Assembly (NCBI GenBank): GCA_013239625.1
Contig: MU057352.1
Location: forward strand, 27,172,764-27,236,763
Length of the DNA stretch: 64,000 bases
Direction: 5' to 3'
Source of the DNA: Lama guanicoe
Taxonomy: Eukaryota
The notes beneath the pieces are model-generated. The model worked only from the letters and a program-made list of their open reading frames with translations, was not told the DNA's origin and did not search any database. Shown here in pieces: positions 39,300-52,300 of the stretch (within the stretch, counting starts at the first letter, position 1; each line of letters starts with the position of its first letter). A program made the position numbers and the translations under genes.

Positions 39300-39465
39300 A
39301 TCAAGTTTCAGGGCACTCAGCCTCCCTCAGTTATTTCCATCCTGTCTGTGTGGCTGCTTCCCCGCTACAGCGGCAGAGCTGGGTGATTTTGACAGTGACG
39401 CCACGGCCTGCAAAGCCTGAAACATTTAGTGTCTCGCCCTTGACGGCAATAGTGTGTCAACCTTA
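39300..39465. mobile_element. hAT-Charlie MITE (MER58-like)
   Basis: GTGGCTGCTTCCCCGCTACAGCGGCAGAGCTG...GGCCTGCAAAGCCTGAAACATTTAGTGTCTCGCCCTTGAC. Confidence 0.7.
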
Positions 39466-41021
39466 CATTGCTACTGGTCAATCAATGCTCACTTAAATAT
39501 ACAAATAGGAAATGAAGGAATGAATGAACAAATGACAGAGACTCTTCCAGAATCAGATCAGCAGTTTAAATAGAAGAAGTGGAGTGGTTACGCAGTGGCT
39601 GGAGATTCAGACACCATCCTATCAAACCAAGAAGCAAACAGAAGGCCTAATATCCTTGAATGTCTTCTTTCCTATTTTTTTTTCTAGCCTTCTGCTCTGT
39701 CTTTGTAGAAGCCGCATCAGTTCCAAGGCACAGATGGCGATTTTAACCCCCAAGGCTGCCCTCGCTGGGCTTTGAACTTCTCCAAAGCACCTCCTTCCCT
39801 GGGCCTCAGGCCGGGAGGCTGCAAGTGAGGCGCTGGGTGTTTGCTGCTGTTACAACTCAGCGCGGACAAGGGCAGGATGCTGGCGTTTCCTGAGGGCCTG
39901 CCCTGCACCGGACACGGGCACATCACAGATATCCGCCGCAGCCCCAGGAGGCAGGAGTTACACCTCTGCCCACAGCGGAGGCCGCTGGGGCTTAGAGGGG
40001 TTGAGGTGACTTTAGAAACTCTAGGTGGCCAAGAAGACCCAGCTTTTGCCTGAATCTCAGATCCCTGCTTTTGCACCGTAGCACTTTGTGGTTCGGCAGA
40101 CACAGCTCCGTGATCGCTCCGGGCGTGTGAAAGGGGCGGAACGTGGGGACACAACTAAAGAGTGGGTAGTCTGGAACATCAGAGGGGCCTCTGTGGGTCC
40201 CCTCCTTCTGCGGCCCGGCTGCAGTGAGGCCCTGCTCCCGTGGCTCCTGAGGCTGCCCTCTGCTCTGGCTGAGGAAGTAGGGGTCAGGGAACAGGGAACA
40301 GGGAACCCCAGCTCAGTTCACTGATATTTTGGCAAAGATGCAACTCCCACAGCTGGAGTTGCTGGGTGACCGTGGAAGGCACGGAGCAATTTGAGTGACA
40401 GAAGGCACGTGGCTTGTGGGGAATCAGATGCGAGGTGGGGGGAGATCCTAACAGACCAGGGGGCAGACAGAACTTTATTATTTCGGACAAAGAAAGTGAG
40501 GCCCGGGAAGCTGAAGTGACGTGCCTCTGGCCACAAGCTAGTAGGAGGCAGGAACTGGATTTGACTGAGATTTTTCCGACCCCTAAGCCCCAGTGGCTCC
40601 AGGCTGGACACGCGGCTTCTCCCTTCTGCTCCTGGGCTGCCCCGCTGTCTGCTGCTCCTGAGTTCCCCTGCCTGCCTTTAAGATTTTTGGCCCCAGGCTT
40701 CACTTTCCTGCATAAAACTCTCAGTGAAGGCAAATGGGTGAAAAATGGTTTTCTCTTTCATTCCCGTTTGGATTAAAGGGCTGCTCACGTGAGGATTAGT
40801 GAGGAGACTGAGGCTCAGAGAGGTGGAGTGACTTCCCGGAGTTTATGCAGGTGACCGAGCAAACCCTTGGCCTGACGAGCCTCTCACTGCCTCCCGCTGT
40901 TGCCTCCGCAGCCTCCAGGGCAGTTCTGAGAAAGGAGAAGACATATTTCGTTTTTATTTCCTTGGCATGAAATGATGTTTGTCTTAGACCATAAGGTGAC
41001 AACTGCTTTCAAATGGTGGGG

Positions 41022-41024
<3 letters not shown>

Positions 41025-41056
<32 letters not shown>
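41025..41056. repeat. (TG)16 microsatellite
   Basis: Directly visible. Confidence 0.95.
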
Positions 41057-41058
<2 letters not shown>

Positions 41059-43050
41059 TGCACACAGCATGTTGAATGGGTGTTATGGATGCCCCCGTCT
41101 TGAGGGTGAAGAGTGTAAGTATTGAAGAATTAAAGTGTTCACGTCTCAGGCTGCTGCCTGGGATTCCAGAATGTTAGGGGAAGTGTGTTGACAGGTAAGT
41201 CATAGGTCCTGAATATGACCCAGAAATAGGGTCGAGTGAAGGACCTGGCTTGGGATGGGTGCCACACTCATCCATCATTTGCTGAACACCCAACAGTCAC
41301 CAGGCATTGAGGTAGGTGCTAGGGGTATGAAGAAAAGCCAGACGTAGTCCTGGTCCCCACAGAGATTCAGAGACGCACACGTCAGTATGGGGGCAGCCCG
41401 TTCCGTGCGAGAAGTGCTCTGCCTGTGTAGACGGAAAGCAGAAACAGTAGGACAGAAGCCTTGACTTTCCTGTTCACCCCTGTGTCCCCTGTGCCTGGTA
41501 TGGCCCCAGGCACGTAGTAGGACCTCATAAACATGCTGTATATTGAGCATGAGGGTGGGACTGGCTTTATGTGGGAAACTAGGGAAGTGGAGGAAGTTGG
41601 CTAATACAAGAAGCTGGGTAGTCCGGCATTTACTCATTCATTCATTCATTTATTCATTCTTCCCCTCGGGTGTGAGCAGAGTCATTATTTCTTGAGAGGC
41701 ACATGCTCCGGCAGGGCGGGCAGATGAGTAACAGCTAACCAGCGACACACACGGAACGTGGTGCACGAGGGTCAGAGTGGGAGGAACCCCAGAGGGGAAA
41801 AGGCCCAGCAGTACAAGGGAAGCTGTGAGGCTTTCCAGAGCTGGTGGCACTTGAGTTGGCCTTTAGGGGCAAATGGAAGTTTCTAGAACCTCAAAGAGAA
41901 TTAGGGAGAAAGTGGGGCCCTTCAAATGGAGCTTCCCAAACCTTGAAACCTCAGTCTTGGTAAAACACATCACATTACGACCATGGGTATGAACGTGCCT
42001 TAGAAGCTGACCCACCCTGTAGACGACCAACGAGAAGACCAAGCAGAGAAGCAGTGACTTGCACATTGGCGCGTTCCGGCTCTCCGAGCCCGTCCATGGC
42101 GGTGTGGCTGTGGGTGGAGATGCTCCCACTCTTGACACCGCAGTCGTGTGTAGAGCTTGCCATTGGTCAACAAAAGCCCCAGCTGTTGAACTTAAGAGAG
42201 ATGTGGTCTTAGAGACGACATAATCATTGAGCTTTCAGTTTCTTCATTCTTTTCGTCAGTTATTCACTCGTTCATACGTAGTAGTGAACCTCCTTCATAA
42301 AGACTCTTATGTAACTGCCATATGTCAACCAGCCAAAGTGGAGTTACAAAGCGGAGTAGGAGGGGAACCTGGTAGGACCCCACGCGCTTCATCTACCTTG
42401 AACCTCAGTACAGCTTTCATGGTATTTCGGGACTTCCCAGGAACATAGCTGGAAAACTTCACCAAGTGACTTAATGGAGCAGAAAATCCTAACTTCCTGC
42501 TCCCTACAACGAGGCTCTTTTCCTGAAAGCACCCAGAAATCCAGCCTCTTAACAGGCAAGGGAAGAAACTGTGGTCCCAGAAGTCGACTGAGGCCTCTCC
42601 CCCAACGGTTTGGATGGTGAGCCCTGTTCTAGACCTTTGCCCCCTGACCCCCACCCCAGCTCAGACAAGATCGATGAAAAGCTCACAGGCAGGAGGAGCT
42701 GAGCAAGCAGCCTTTAACCCTGATCCTCCTGTGATGTAACAGCCATGTCTTCTGGGGCAACATACTTATCTCTCTGAGACTCAGTTTCGTCATCTATCAA
42801 ATGAGGGCATTTGAGAGGCTTCAGTGAAACAGTGTTTGTCAAGCACGGAGCCCGTGGCCGGCACTGAGTGGGTCTTTGACAAAGCCTGCTGCTTCTTCCT
42901 CACTGCACCTCAAGTTTTATTAGTGAGATTTTCCACTTGACCTTGCAGTTTCAGACTTGTCAAAAAACAATTAGTCACAGGCGTCTCTGTGGCCACAGAA
43001 CTTGCATTCTCCTTCCTGAAATCACCGACTGTAGAAGGAGTCATTCTTCT

Positions 43051-43177
43051 TTTTAATTTTTTTTTAGCAGGAGAAGGTAATTAGGTTTATGTGTTTATTT
43101 ACGGAGGGACTGGGGATTGAACCCAGGACCTCGTCCATGCTGAGCACATGCTCCACCACCGAGCTGTGCTTCCCCCA
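43051..43177 (-). mobile_element. tRNA-derived SINE (Vic-1-like)
   Basis: TGGGGATTGAACCCAGGACCTCG core, T-rich tail; degenerate TSD GAGTCATTCTTCT / GAGTCACCCTTCT. Confidence 0.85.
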
Positions 43178-43699
43178 ACAAGAGTCACCCTTCTAAATGG
43201 ACCAGATGGCTCTGTGGCTGCTGTCCTTCCATCTGCCCTCTTGACTCCACGAGGAGAGGGCTTGTGGGCGTCAGAACCGCCCAGGACAACACGAGTAACA
43301 AGCAGGGCCAGGAACAGACAGCAGGAAGTCGCAATAATGACATAATCACCGGGCTTTGAGTTTCTCCATTCTTTTCCTCACTTATTCACACCGGCTCTAT
43401 CCCTTCAGTGGAGACTGTGAACCTGAAGGAAAAAAGCCGGTCCTCCTTTAAAAAATTTTTTTTAATTTTATTTATTTTTTTATGGCGAGAACCTGGTACA
43501 GCCAGAGTGCAAGGTATTGGGGACCCAAAGAGACTTGTCAGTTTGGTTTAGTCCTATTCACAGCCCACTGCTGAGAACCTACTCTGAGCCAAACCCTGGT
43601 CTAAACCAGGGGTCCCTGCGAGGTTAGAACAATGCTTTCCAGAGGAAACAGGAACCACCTGTTAAAAGCACAGATTCCGGGCTCCACTCTGGAAGCCCT

Positions 43700-44460
43700 G
43701 GTGGCGACACTGAATTCAAAATCACTGCTGATGGGAGAGAGACACGTGTGAAGGCGTCACCACAGGGTGGGTGCCTTGCCTGCAGTCCTCAGGTCCTCAC
43801 CCATCTACACAGGAGGCGCCTCCCCACCCCAGCTTAGGAAAGGCCCCCTGGGGGGTGAGGCCAAGCTGAGTCCTGAAGAAGGGTGAGCATGTGACCAGGC
43901 TAGACGGAGTGTTCTGGGAAGAGGAAGAGCAGGCTGGAGGCAGGAAGCCCGTGAGGCCTGCAGACAGCAGCTCTGCACTGCCCCCAGTTGGGGGTGTCTG
44001 GTGAGATGGGGCTGGAGATGGAGGGGCGGCCAGACTATTGGAGGGTTCTGGAAGCTCCGCTGGGAGCTGGCCCCTTACTTTGTGGGCTTTGGGAGCCGTT
44101 GGGGGGGGGGCTTTAGCAGGGGTGCGATAATATTTGACGTACCTTTTTAAGGAATACCTTGGAGACAAGGGACGATCTGCTTACGGGGCAAACCAGGGGC
44201 AGGGCAGTTGCTGAGCGGACATCAGTAAGAGCCTGCGAGAGCGGAGGTGGGGGGGTCCTCCCAGGGGCAGTAGGAATGGGGTCCCATGGCGGGGAAAGAG
44301 TGAGGGGTCCACTGGATTTGATGGGAAAGAGGGAGGAGTGGGGCAGACGCTGATTGGGTGGTTGGGGGGGTTATGGGGCCATTCTCCAAGAGGGGGAGAG
44401 AAGGCAGTGGCACTTGACGCCTGTCATCTTTGGAAAGCTGAACCAATGTGTTCAGTGTTG
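43700..44460 (-). mobile_element. Degenerate L2 fragment
   Basis: Purine-rich L2-like motifs (GGAAAGGCCCCCTGG...AAGCTGAGTCCTGAAG...GGCCAGAC...GGATTTGATG). Confidence 0.55.
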
Positions 44461-47400
44461 CAGACACTGTGACACAAGCTTGGTGAGAAACATCGGCTCC
44501 TAAAATGTCACAGTTGGCCCTCAGAGATCATCCTGATGGAAGAACCGGGAGGAAGTGGTCAAGTGTGCAGACATTGGACCCCAGTCAGATTAGCCCCCAG
44601 GGCGGTCTCTGCCACTTCAGTCACTGTGATGGTGGACTTGCCATTTAATCTCCCTTCTGGTTTCTTCATCTATAAAATAGGGAGGATCCCCCCACCCCAT
44701 TTGCAGGATGGTCCTAAAAATTAGACCAGATGGCGAATGCAACATCTTTGAAACAATGACTGGCTTCTCTGCGCTCAAAAAGTTTTCTTCTGATTAATTA
44801 CTGTGGTGGATAGATTTCTAACTTACGTCTTCTCCTCACTGGGAACGTCTAGAGGGAAAAAGAAAGTGGCTTCGCAAAGCCAAACAGCCACTTAGTGGAA
44901 GAGGGCGTTTTCTGTCTCAGGTGGTCCTGCCTGACCCCGACCCCTCCCAAGGCTCCCACCACTCAGCCTGGGGTCCCTTTGGGTCCCCTTCTTGGCAGTA
45001 GTTTCCTCCTTCTAGAGCTCAAGGATCTAAAGGGCTCTAAAACAGCCCACTGGGAAGTGGCAAGTCATCAGGTGGCTTCTGGGATTTCTGCAGTGGAGCT
45101 TCCTCGTGAAATTTCAAAGCCGTATCTACAAGCCAACCACATATACAGCCGAAGAGACGGCTGCCAAGTTTGGTTTCACAAGGCCCTTCTACAAACATGG
45201 ACAGTCAAGGACAGTTAAAAAAAATGTTTCAATGCTTCTCTTATCTACACAGTGGTAATGGCCACTTTGATGCATGTTCCCTCATGAGCTAATAAAATTT
45301 AGCAGTTATGTTCGGATACAGCTGGTAGACTTAACTAGTGTTTTGTGAACATACACTGAGAGCAGATGTTGTGCTAAGCCCTTTCGCACGTTAATCCTCA
45401 CTGAGGCTCGTGACCTCCGTTCAGTCGGGGTGATGGCCGTTTTACAGCTGAGGGAGCAGAGTTTCTGTTACTTGGGCAAACAAGTAGCACCGCCAGGGTG
45501 GGAGCCAAGTGCTCCACTCTGTGTCCTGCGTCCTTTCCACCTCAGGAAGCATCTTCCCCCCACATCCAGACAGAGCTGAGCGGTTGTTCAAGCCGCGCTG
45601 ATTTTACCCCAGCTTGGCTGTCCCTTCCATCAACACACTCTTCAGCTGTCATTTCCCTGGTTGACACCGTAGCCACTTAACTGCATTGTGCTCTGACTGG
45701 CTGTGCCTGTGCAGATGAAGACATCCTGGTGACCTCCTTTCTCCCAGCGCCTTTTAGGTTCTGGAGGACCTGGTGGATGTCAAGAAGGATCAGCAGGAGT
45801 TGGTGGCCAGAACTTCAGGGAGGAACCGGTGGGGTCCTCTTGGAGGCGAAAAGAAGTCAAGATGCGCTGGCACGTATTATGATGAACCTCCAGTGGGTGC
45901 CAGGTCCCGTGGGGGACACCAGTTCAGCGGGTTGAGTGTGGGTAAGCTGGGTTCTGATCCCACTTCTGGCACCCCCTAAGTGAGGGAGGCCTGACGTCCG
46001 TGTTGGGTTAGTGTCTCCAAGTCTCCATTTCCGCATCTGAGAATGGGGCTGTAATAAAAGCTTAGTAGTGACTGCAGTGAGGATAAAAAGTAATCTTCCA
46101 GTGTGTATATTCACACTCACTCAACCTCAGATGCCAGGCACAGAGCTGGGAGATTAATTGTGGATTCCTAAACCAGGCTGCCTGGGGTCAAGTCCAGTCA
46201 GTGACCTTGACACACTTCATTTAATCTAAGCCAGTGTCCTAATCTGAAGACAGGGATAGTAACGGTACTTACTTCTCAGGCTATTCTGAGAACTAAGTGC
46301 CTGGAAAACACAGTTTTCAGCCCAAGAGTAGAAGCTGAGAAGGATGGTAGGAGGAGGTGCATTATAGGGGGGCCCAGAATTTTAACACAAGGGCCAAGTC
46401 CTAGTCCCCAAAACACCAAAGTCACATAGATGTGGTTCGGTCCCCGCTGAGCAGGGCTGCCGTGAGTGCAAGAAGGATTAGTCCGTGACAAAATGCTTGA
46501 CACCTCGTGAAAGGCTCTGCAAACATACAGCGGGGTCAGAGCTGGTGGTCATGGTCATTGTCATGGTGGTTCAAGCCTAGAGGTCTGGGTCCATGTCCTC
46601 TGGCTTCTAAGGCCACCCCGGCATATAAGAGAAGCCAAGTCACCCCCAAGCTTGGCTAGGTGTATGGCACACTCTGGGGTTCGCTGCATGCTTGCTGAGT
46701 TGCCTAAGTGTCTTCCGGGTGGGACTGGTTCCCCAAGACGCTGGGGCCTCGCACTCAGTGTGGAGTAAAACTCCAGTGTATTGTGGCTGCTGCTGCTGCT
46801 GCTGTGTTAATGATACACACACGTGGACTGTGCTTTGCCAACTTTAGAGCTTCCCCCACATTTGCTAATATTATCACCTGCCAAGGGAATCCCAAATGTC
46901 ATCTGCCCTTTCCCGGAAAGGGAAAGAAATGGTTATCTGTTTGCAATATCCTCTATCAGCGTTTTTAATATGCAGCTTGCCGTGTTTTGAAAAAGAAATG
47001 GAAATTAAACCATCTCCGGGAAACATCTCTTCCCCCTCTCTCTCTACTTCACCACATTTGCACAATGCCCTTCAATTAAAACTGAAATCAAATCACGTTC
47101 CCCCTGAGTGGTCATTTTAATATCTGCAAGTTTCCTGGGAAGGAAGATTAGGAAGAGTAACTGATTCTGCGAGGCTTCCCCATCTCCCCAGAGACCCTCT
47201 TGGAGTCAAGATGCACTGGCACGTATTATGATGGCACATATTCATCCGCTTTCTTCGCTCGCTCTCTCCTTTTGCCCTGCCCCTCACAAATTTCTCCGTG
47301 ATGGCTTTCATCACTGCGTGGTAATGTATCTCGGCCTATCGGATCCTCACCAGTCTGGGCATTCCTTGAGGAAAGTGCCACAAATGAGTCACTTTCAGAG

Positions 47401-49649
47401 ACTGCATCCCCAAAACAAAGTCAGGTACATAGATGGTACCCGATAAATATTTGTTGCCTGCACAGTTGAATGAATGAAATCAGCTCACTTTATCACCCTG
47501 GGTGAGTTTCCTGTGGGTTCTTCTATTCTCAAACACACCTCACCCAGACGCCTTTTTTGGGCCTCAGCGGACTTCTCCAGTCCTGACGTCTTTCCAAGTG
47601 TGCGTGGCTTCTCGAAGAGTCCATGCAGGGCAGGCTGAGGGGGCTGCTTTGCTCTCTGCCAGACACCAGCCCGCGTCATTTAGAGAAGTGGCATTTCAAA
47701 CAGATTAACTTCAGCCAGCTGAGCCCTGCAGTGAATTAGAAATTCCCTTTGATTAAAAAATGCCTGTTATTTCAAACACACAGAGCCAAAGAGTGAGTTT
47801 ATGTTTTTAATAAGCTCTTCCATGTTCTGAACTTGACTTCACTTTTTTCAAAGCATAATGAACGGAAAACTGGGAGTGGGGGAGTAATTTATTAATGTTT
47901 GTCCACTAAGTATTCACTAGTGAATTACATTTGGATGGCACCAGTTGGGACTGAGAGTGGGTCTTGTTTAATGATTCAGGGGTGGGGGCTCCAATCTCCT
48001 AAATCATAGATCAATGAGCAAGTGATGGGACAGGCTCTTCTGTTTTGAACAGCAGAATGACGGGCAGCTCCTGGCTTGGAAACCTTCCCATCTTCCCATG
48101 GCTCAATGGGCAGATGGCCCCATTTTCGGTCCCTGGCATCCCAGTTCCCAGCCCAGTCCAGCAGGGGTGCATGGATATCAACAACCTCCAGCAGAACTTG
48201 AAATTAATTCATGCCACTAGCTGGTCTCAGAATGAGGGCATCCTCTACTGAACTATGCCTCTAGGGAAAAGGCAGCAAACACCATCATCTGTCCCTTCTC
48301 TTATGGGGAGGGAGCAGCCCCAGCCCTCCACACTCAAGTCCAGAGCGCTGTTTCTAAGACCCTCAGCACAGGTGGCTGGGACAGGGGGTGAGGCAAGAGC
48401 TCTAGGACCCTCACAGTGGGGGTCCTGAGACTGGGTCCCAGTTTCAGCTCTGCCACCCACTTGGTGTGTTCTTAGGAAAACCATGAGACTCTTGACTCTG
48501 GTCAGGTGGAATGCTGCAATGGCTGGGGACTTCTGAGACCCTCCCCCGCCATGCCCCTACTGTGCGATTTCTCGCTGTCATAATTGACCCATACAAAAAT
48601 TAGGGATTTTGTCTGTCAGCAACAGAGAGAGATAATTGGTAAACCTGCCGTGAGAGAGCTGGCTGGTCCAGCCTGTCTCTGGGAGCACCTGTGACCTGTT
48701 CAGCTAGAAAGATGATGAACACTGGCCTGGGTTTGTCCTCGGCCCCAGGGATTATGGCCTGACTTACCCCCGTTAGCTCCTCAGCCTGCTAACCTAATTA
48801 GTTCCCTACCAGTCATTAATCTCCTGCAGCAAATCCTTCTTGGCCACTGCTGTTGCAGGCTGGAGGCTGGAGTTCCAGCGTTTATCCTTATTTTACCAGT
48901 GTCTTCCCTAGCTGGCTGCAGCCTGCCTCCAACCGAACTTCATTTCTAGCCATTCCCCACATCCCTGTCCCAGACAAGTCATGATCATTCAGACTTCTGC
49001 CCTTAAACATGCCGGTCTCTTGGCTTGTATCACCATTTCTCCTCTTCTCTGATCAACAAACTCTTACTCAGTCTGCAAGAGCCATTTCCAATAACTCCTT
49101 CTCTAGGATGTCTTTTCTGACCTCTCCAGGCACACCAAGTATATTCAACGTCTATTGTCACCGCACCTTGTGCCAACTGCCCCCTGCCTATCCTCTCTCT
49201 CACCATTGACCCTCTACCCATCCCCAAATGGCCACTAATCTCCCTGCAAATATTCATAGAAAACAACTTGGCACTGAGGATAGAGATATATTAAAAACCA
49301 AATGGTTCTCACTCCTAGAGCAATAAACAAATAGACAGTTACAGCACCGTATGGCCAGGGCTATGGTGGGGGAAGTCACCAGTCAGGGGGAGCCAGAGTG
49401 CCCAGCATACCCAATGGCAAATGTCTGCTTAAACGTGATCCGTGTCCCTCCCTGGATTGTGAGCTCCTGTGGGAAGGGGTTGGCTAATCATCTCAGCACC
49501 CCAGCTCTTGTCACCCTGGTGAAGGCACTCAAATTCTTGGCCCTTCAAGATGAAGTTGTTAAAGAAGCAACAGAGCAGCCCAGGCCGTCAAAGAGAATGG
49601 TTTCTCTTATAAGTGCAGGCTTCCTAACTCAGTTACAAGAGATAATTGA

Positions 49650-49960
49650 TTTTTTAAATAGACTTTATTTTTTTTAAAGCAGTGTTAGGTACACAATAAA
49701 ATTGAGAGGAAGGTACAGAGATTTCCCATATACCTTCTGCTCCAACACGTGCATAGCCTCCCCTATTATCAACATCATTCACCAGAATGGTACAGTTTTT
49801 ACCAAGGATGAACTTGCATTGACACATTACAGTCACCCAGAGTCCATAGCTTACCGTAGGGGTCACTCTTGGTGATGTACATTCCATGGGTTTAGAAAAA
49901 TGCAAAATGACATGTATCCATCATGGTAATACTCTCACTGCCCTGGAAATTCTATGCGCT
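49650..49960 (-). mobile_element. Old L1 3' end (L1MC-like)
   Basis: GGAAGGTACAGAGATTTCCCATATACC...CATTGACACATTACAGTCACCCAGAGTCCATAG...GTACATTCCATGGGTTT motifs. Confidence 0.85.
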
Positions 49961-51317
49961 CTGTTTACCTTAGAGTCTCAGCATTGGGGACTTTGTCCAC
50001 CTGAATATTCTCTCACTTAGTGGACTAACACCTGCTCGTCCTTTGGATTTCATCTCGAACATCCCTTTTGCAGAGAAATCTCTGTCTGTTCAGACTCTGA
50101 TGCAGTTTTCTACAGAGTGTTCGTAGAGTTATTGTTGCTGCCTTTATACACTTATTTGTCCAACTGATTGACTAGTGTCACTCTTCCTCATGATGGGGAC
50201 AGGGGTCACATCTGTTTAATTGTTATTGTTGTTTCTCTGTTATATCTGTCCCAGACCTTATCACAGAAACTGGCACATAGTAGGTCTTCCCAAGTATTTA
50301 CTGTGCAGAGAATGAATGAGAAGGGAGGCTCTGGGACTGGGGCGTGTGTCGCCTGCACCTGGCCTCTGCGTGGGCAGTGATCGCTGACTCTTGCTCCTCT
50401 CTGCTGATGCACAGCGCAAGGGCTGGGATGCGCTGATAATGGGGAGCTAGATTCCTTCCACTTCCTGAGAAACGCAGAGACCGCAGGCAATGAGGGTGAG
50501 AGTAGAGCTGGGGCCGATGTAGGGATGGGGTGGGAGTATCAAACTAATTTTTGCTTTTCTTAAGATGTACCCAGAAACCACAGGCATTCGGCTTAGTGTT
50601 AAATCATTTGTATCCACGCACCCTAAATATATACATGAAACTAATGCATATATGTATGTTTCTATAATTTATTTCTACTAACTAGACATTGAGAGTACTC
50701 TTCGCAGCCACTGAAAAGATATAAATTTTCTGTTGTTTTAAATTATAGATGGTATACTTACAACAAGCACATATAAACTGTGAGTGCATGTTATAAATAT
50801 GTAATCCTGCCTGCTAACGCTTTTCTGTTGTATGCAGTGCGCCAAGCACGTTACATTTGGCATTTCATTTCATCTTCATAGCTAGTCCACAGAGAAGATA
50901 CAATGCAATGGTTTTCAGTGTGCTCTTTTTAAAATTTTTGAACAGAACCTTCTTTGAAAATAAAATATTCTATGGAACTTTCAATATCGAGAACAGATGA
51001 AAGTTTTGCAGTGTGGTTTCAGCAGACCTGGTGACCTCTGCCTTCCTACCTCCCTCAGCACCGCACCCCTGACCCCGCTCCCATGTGAAAGAGGCAGACG
51101 TAAGAGCATTGGACTCCCAGGTGGAGAGACTCATCATTTGCCAGCTAGGTGACTTGGAGTAAGTGGCTTAAATCTCTGAGTCCTGCTTTCCTTACTTTTA
51201 ACATCCTCAAAGTTAATTGTGAGAATTAAATGAGATAGTGTATTTAAAAAAAAAAACAAACCCAAACCTTCCTAACTCAGTGCCTGGTGCTAAATACTGG
51301 GGATCTGAATTTGACTC

Positions 51318-51792
51318 TGTCTTAGGTTGGGTTCCCCAGAAGCAGACTCTGGAATAAGCCATGTGAAAGCGGTGTATTAGGAAGTAAGTGCCTTAAAGCG
51401 TTCGTGTGGTTGTGGAAAAGTGGCCCTGGGGAGGGAAGTCCAGTCAGACCAGGCTGCAATGTCAAGCAAAGTCCCACAGAGCATGGCTTCAGTTCAACCT
51501 TGAAGGAGAACTTCGGGGACAGTGCAGGTCATACTTCAGAGCTGACCAGCCCTGGGGCCTGGGAGCTGGAGCACTGATACTCCCGCACCCAGCAGCTTCA
51601 GACTGTTCCCATGCACTCTGTTCTCTACACACACCAGCCAAGTGGGCTCCAGCTGCCTCAGGGCAGCCCTCCAACAAAGTGATGGAGTGACACAGGTGCT
51701 GTTGGGAGTGAAAATACACTAGGAGCCAGGTGCCTGGAAATGGTTAAGTTTCCCTGGGGGATGTAAGCAGAACCCTGGCAGTGGCTGCTACA
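51318..51792 (-). mobile_element. ERVL solo LTR (LTR16-like)
   Basis: TGTCTTAGGTTGGGTTCCCCAGAAGCAGAC start and TGCTACA end. Confidence 0.75.
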
Positions 51793-52149
51793 GAATTCTA
51801 ATATGCGATGATCTGCAAAAGATACTGGCATGGTTTAGAAGTGGGCTGTATTTGTTACCTGTGCCTTTGTGGACCGAGTCAAAGAGCAAAGTCCAATCCC
51901 CAGCTCATCCCACCGGCTCTCCCTTTGGCGTCTGGTACTTTCTTCTTGGAGAGGCTCCCCTGGCAAAGTGACAGAAGACCTCATTTCTCTGCAGCCCAGA
52001 GACCCAGCCCCAGGGCACTGGGGACACACCTGTGTCTTCTGCTGGAGCATGTTTCCAAAGCAGGTGTGTCCAGAGGACAGTGACGGAACCACACTCAAGA
52101 GCTTTGCATATTGAAACAAGACTTCCCCGAGGCCCCATCCCATGCTCCA

Positions 52150-52300
52150 TCCTCGGTCCTTTGATCCTCACAACAACTCTGTGAGGCATCTAACTCTTCT
52201 CAGTCCCATTTTCCGTATGGAGACCCCGAGGCTCAGAGAGGTTGTGTAATTTCCCTGAGGTCTCAGAGCTAGTCAAGGCCAAAACAGGAATTCCAGAAGC
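52150..52300 (-). mobile_element. MIR SINE
   Basis: GATCCTCACAACAACTCTGTGAGG...CCCATTTT...GAGGCTCAGAGAGGTT. Confidence 0.75.

Noticed and set aside
45855-47233. 30-bp direct repeats as CRISPR repeats, att sites or a TSD
   Set aside because: Only two copies 1.35 kb apart in mammalian DNA, with no spacer array and no cas or integrase gene; the interior contains ancient MIR fragments.
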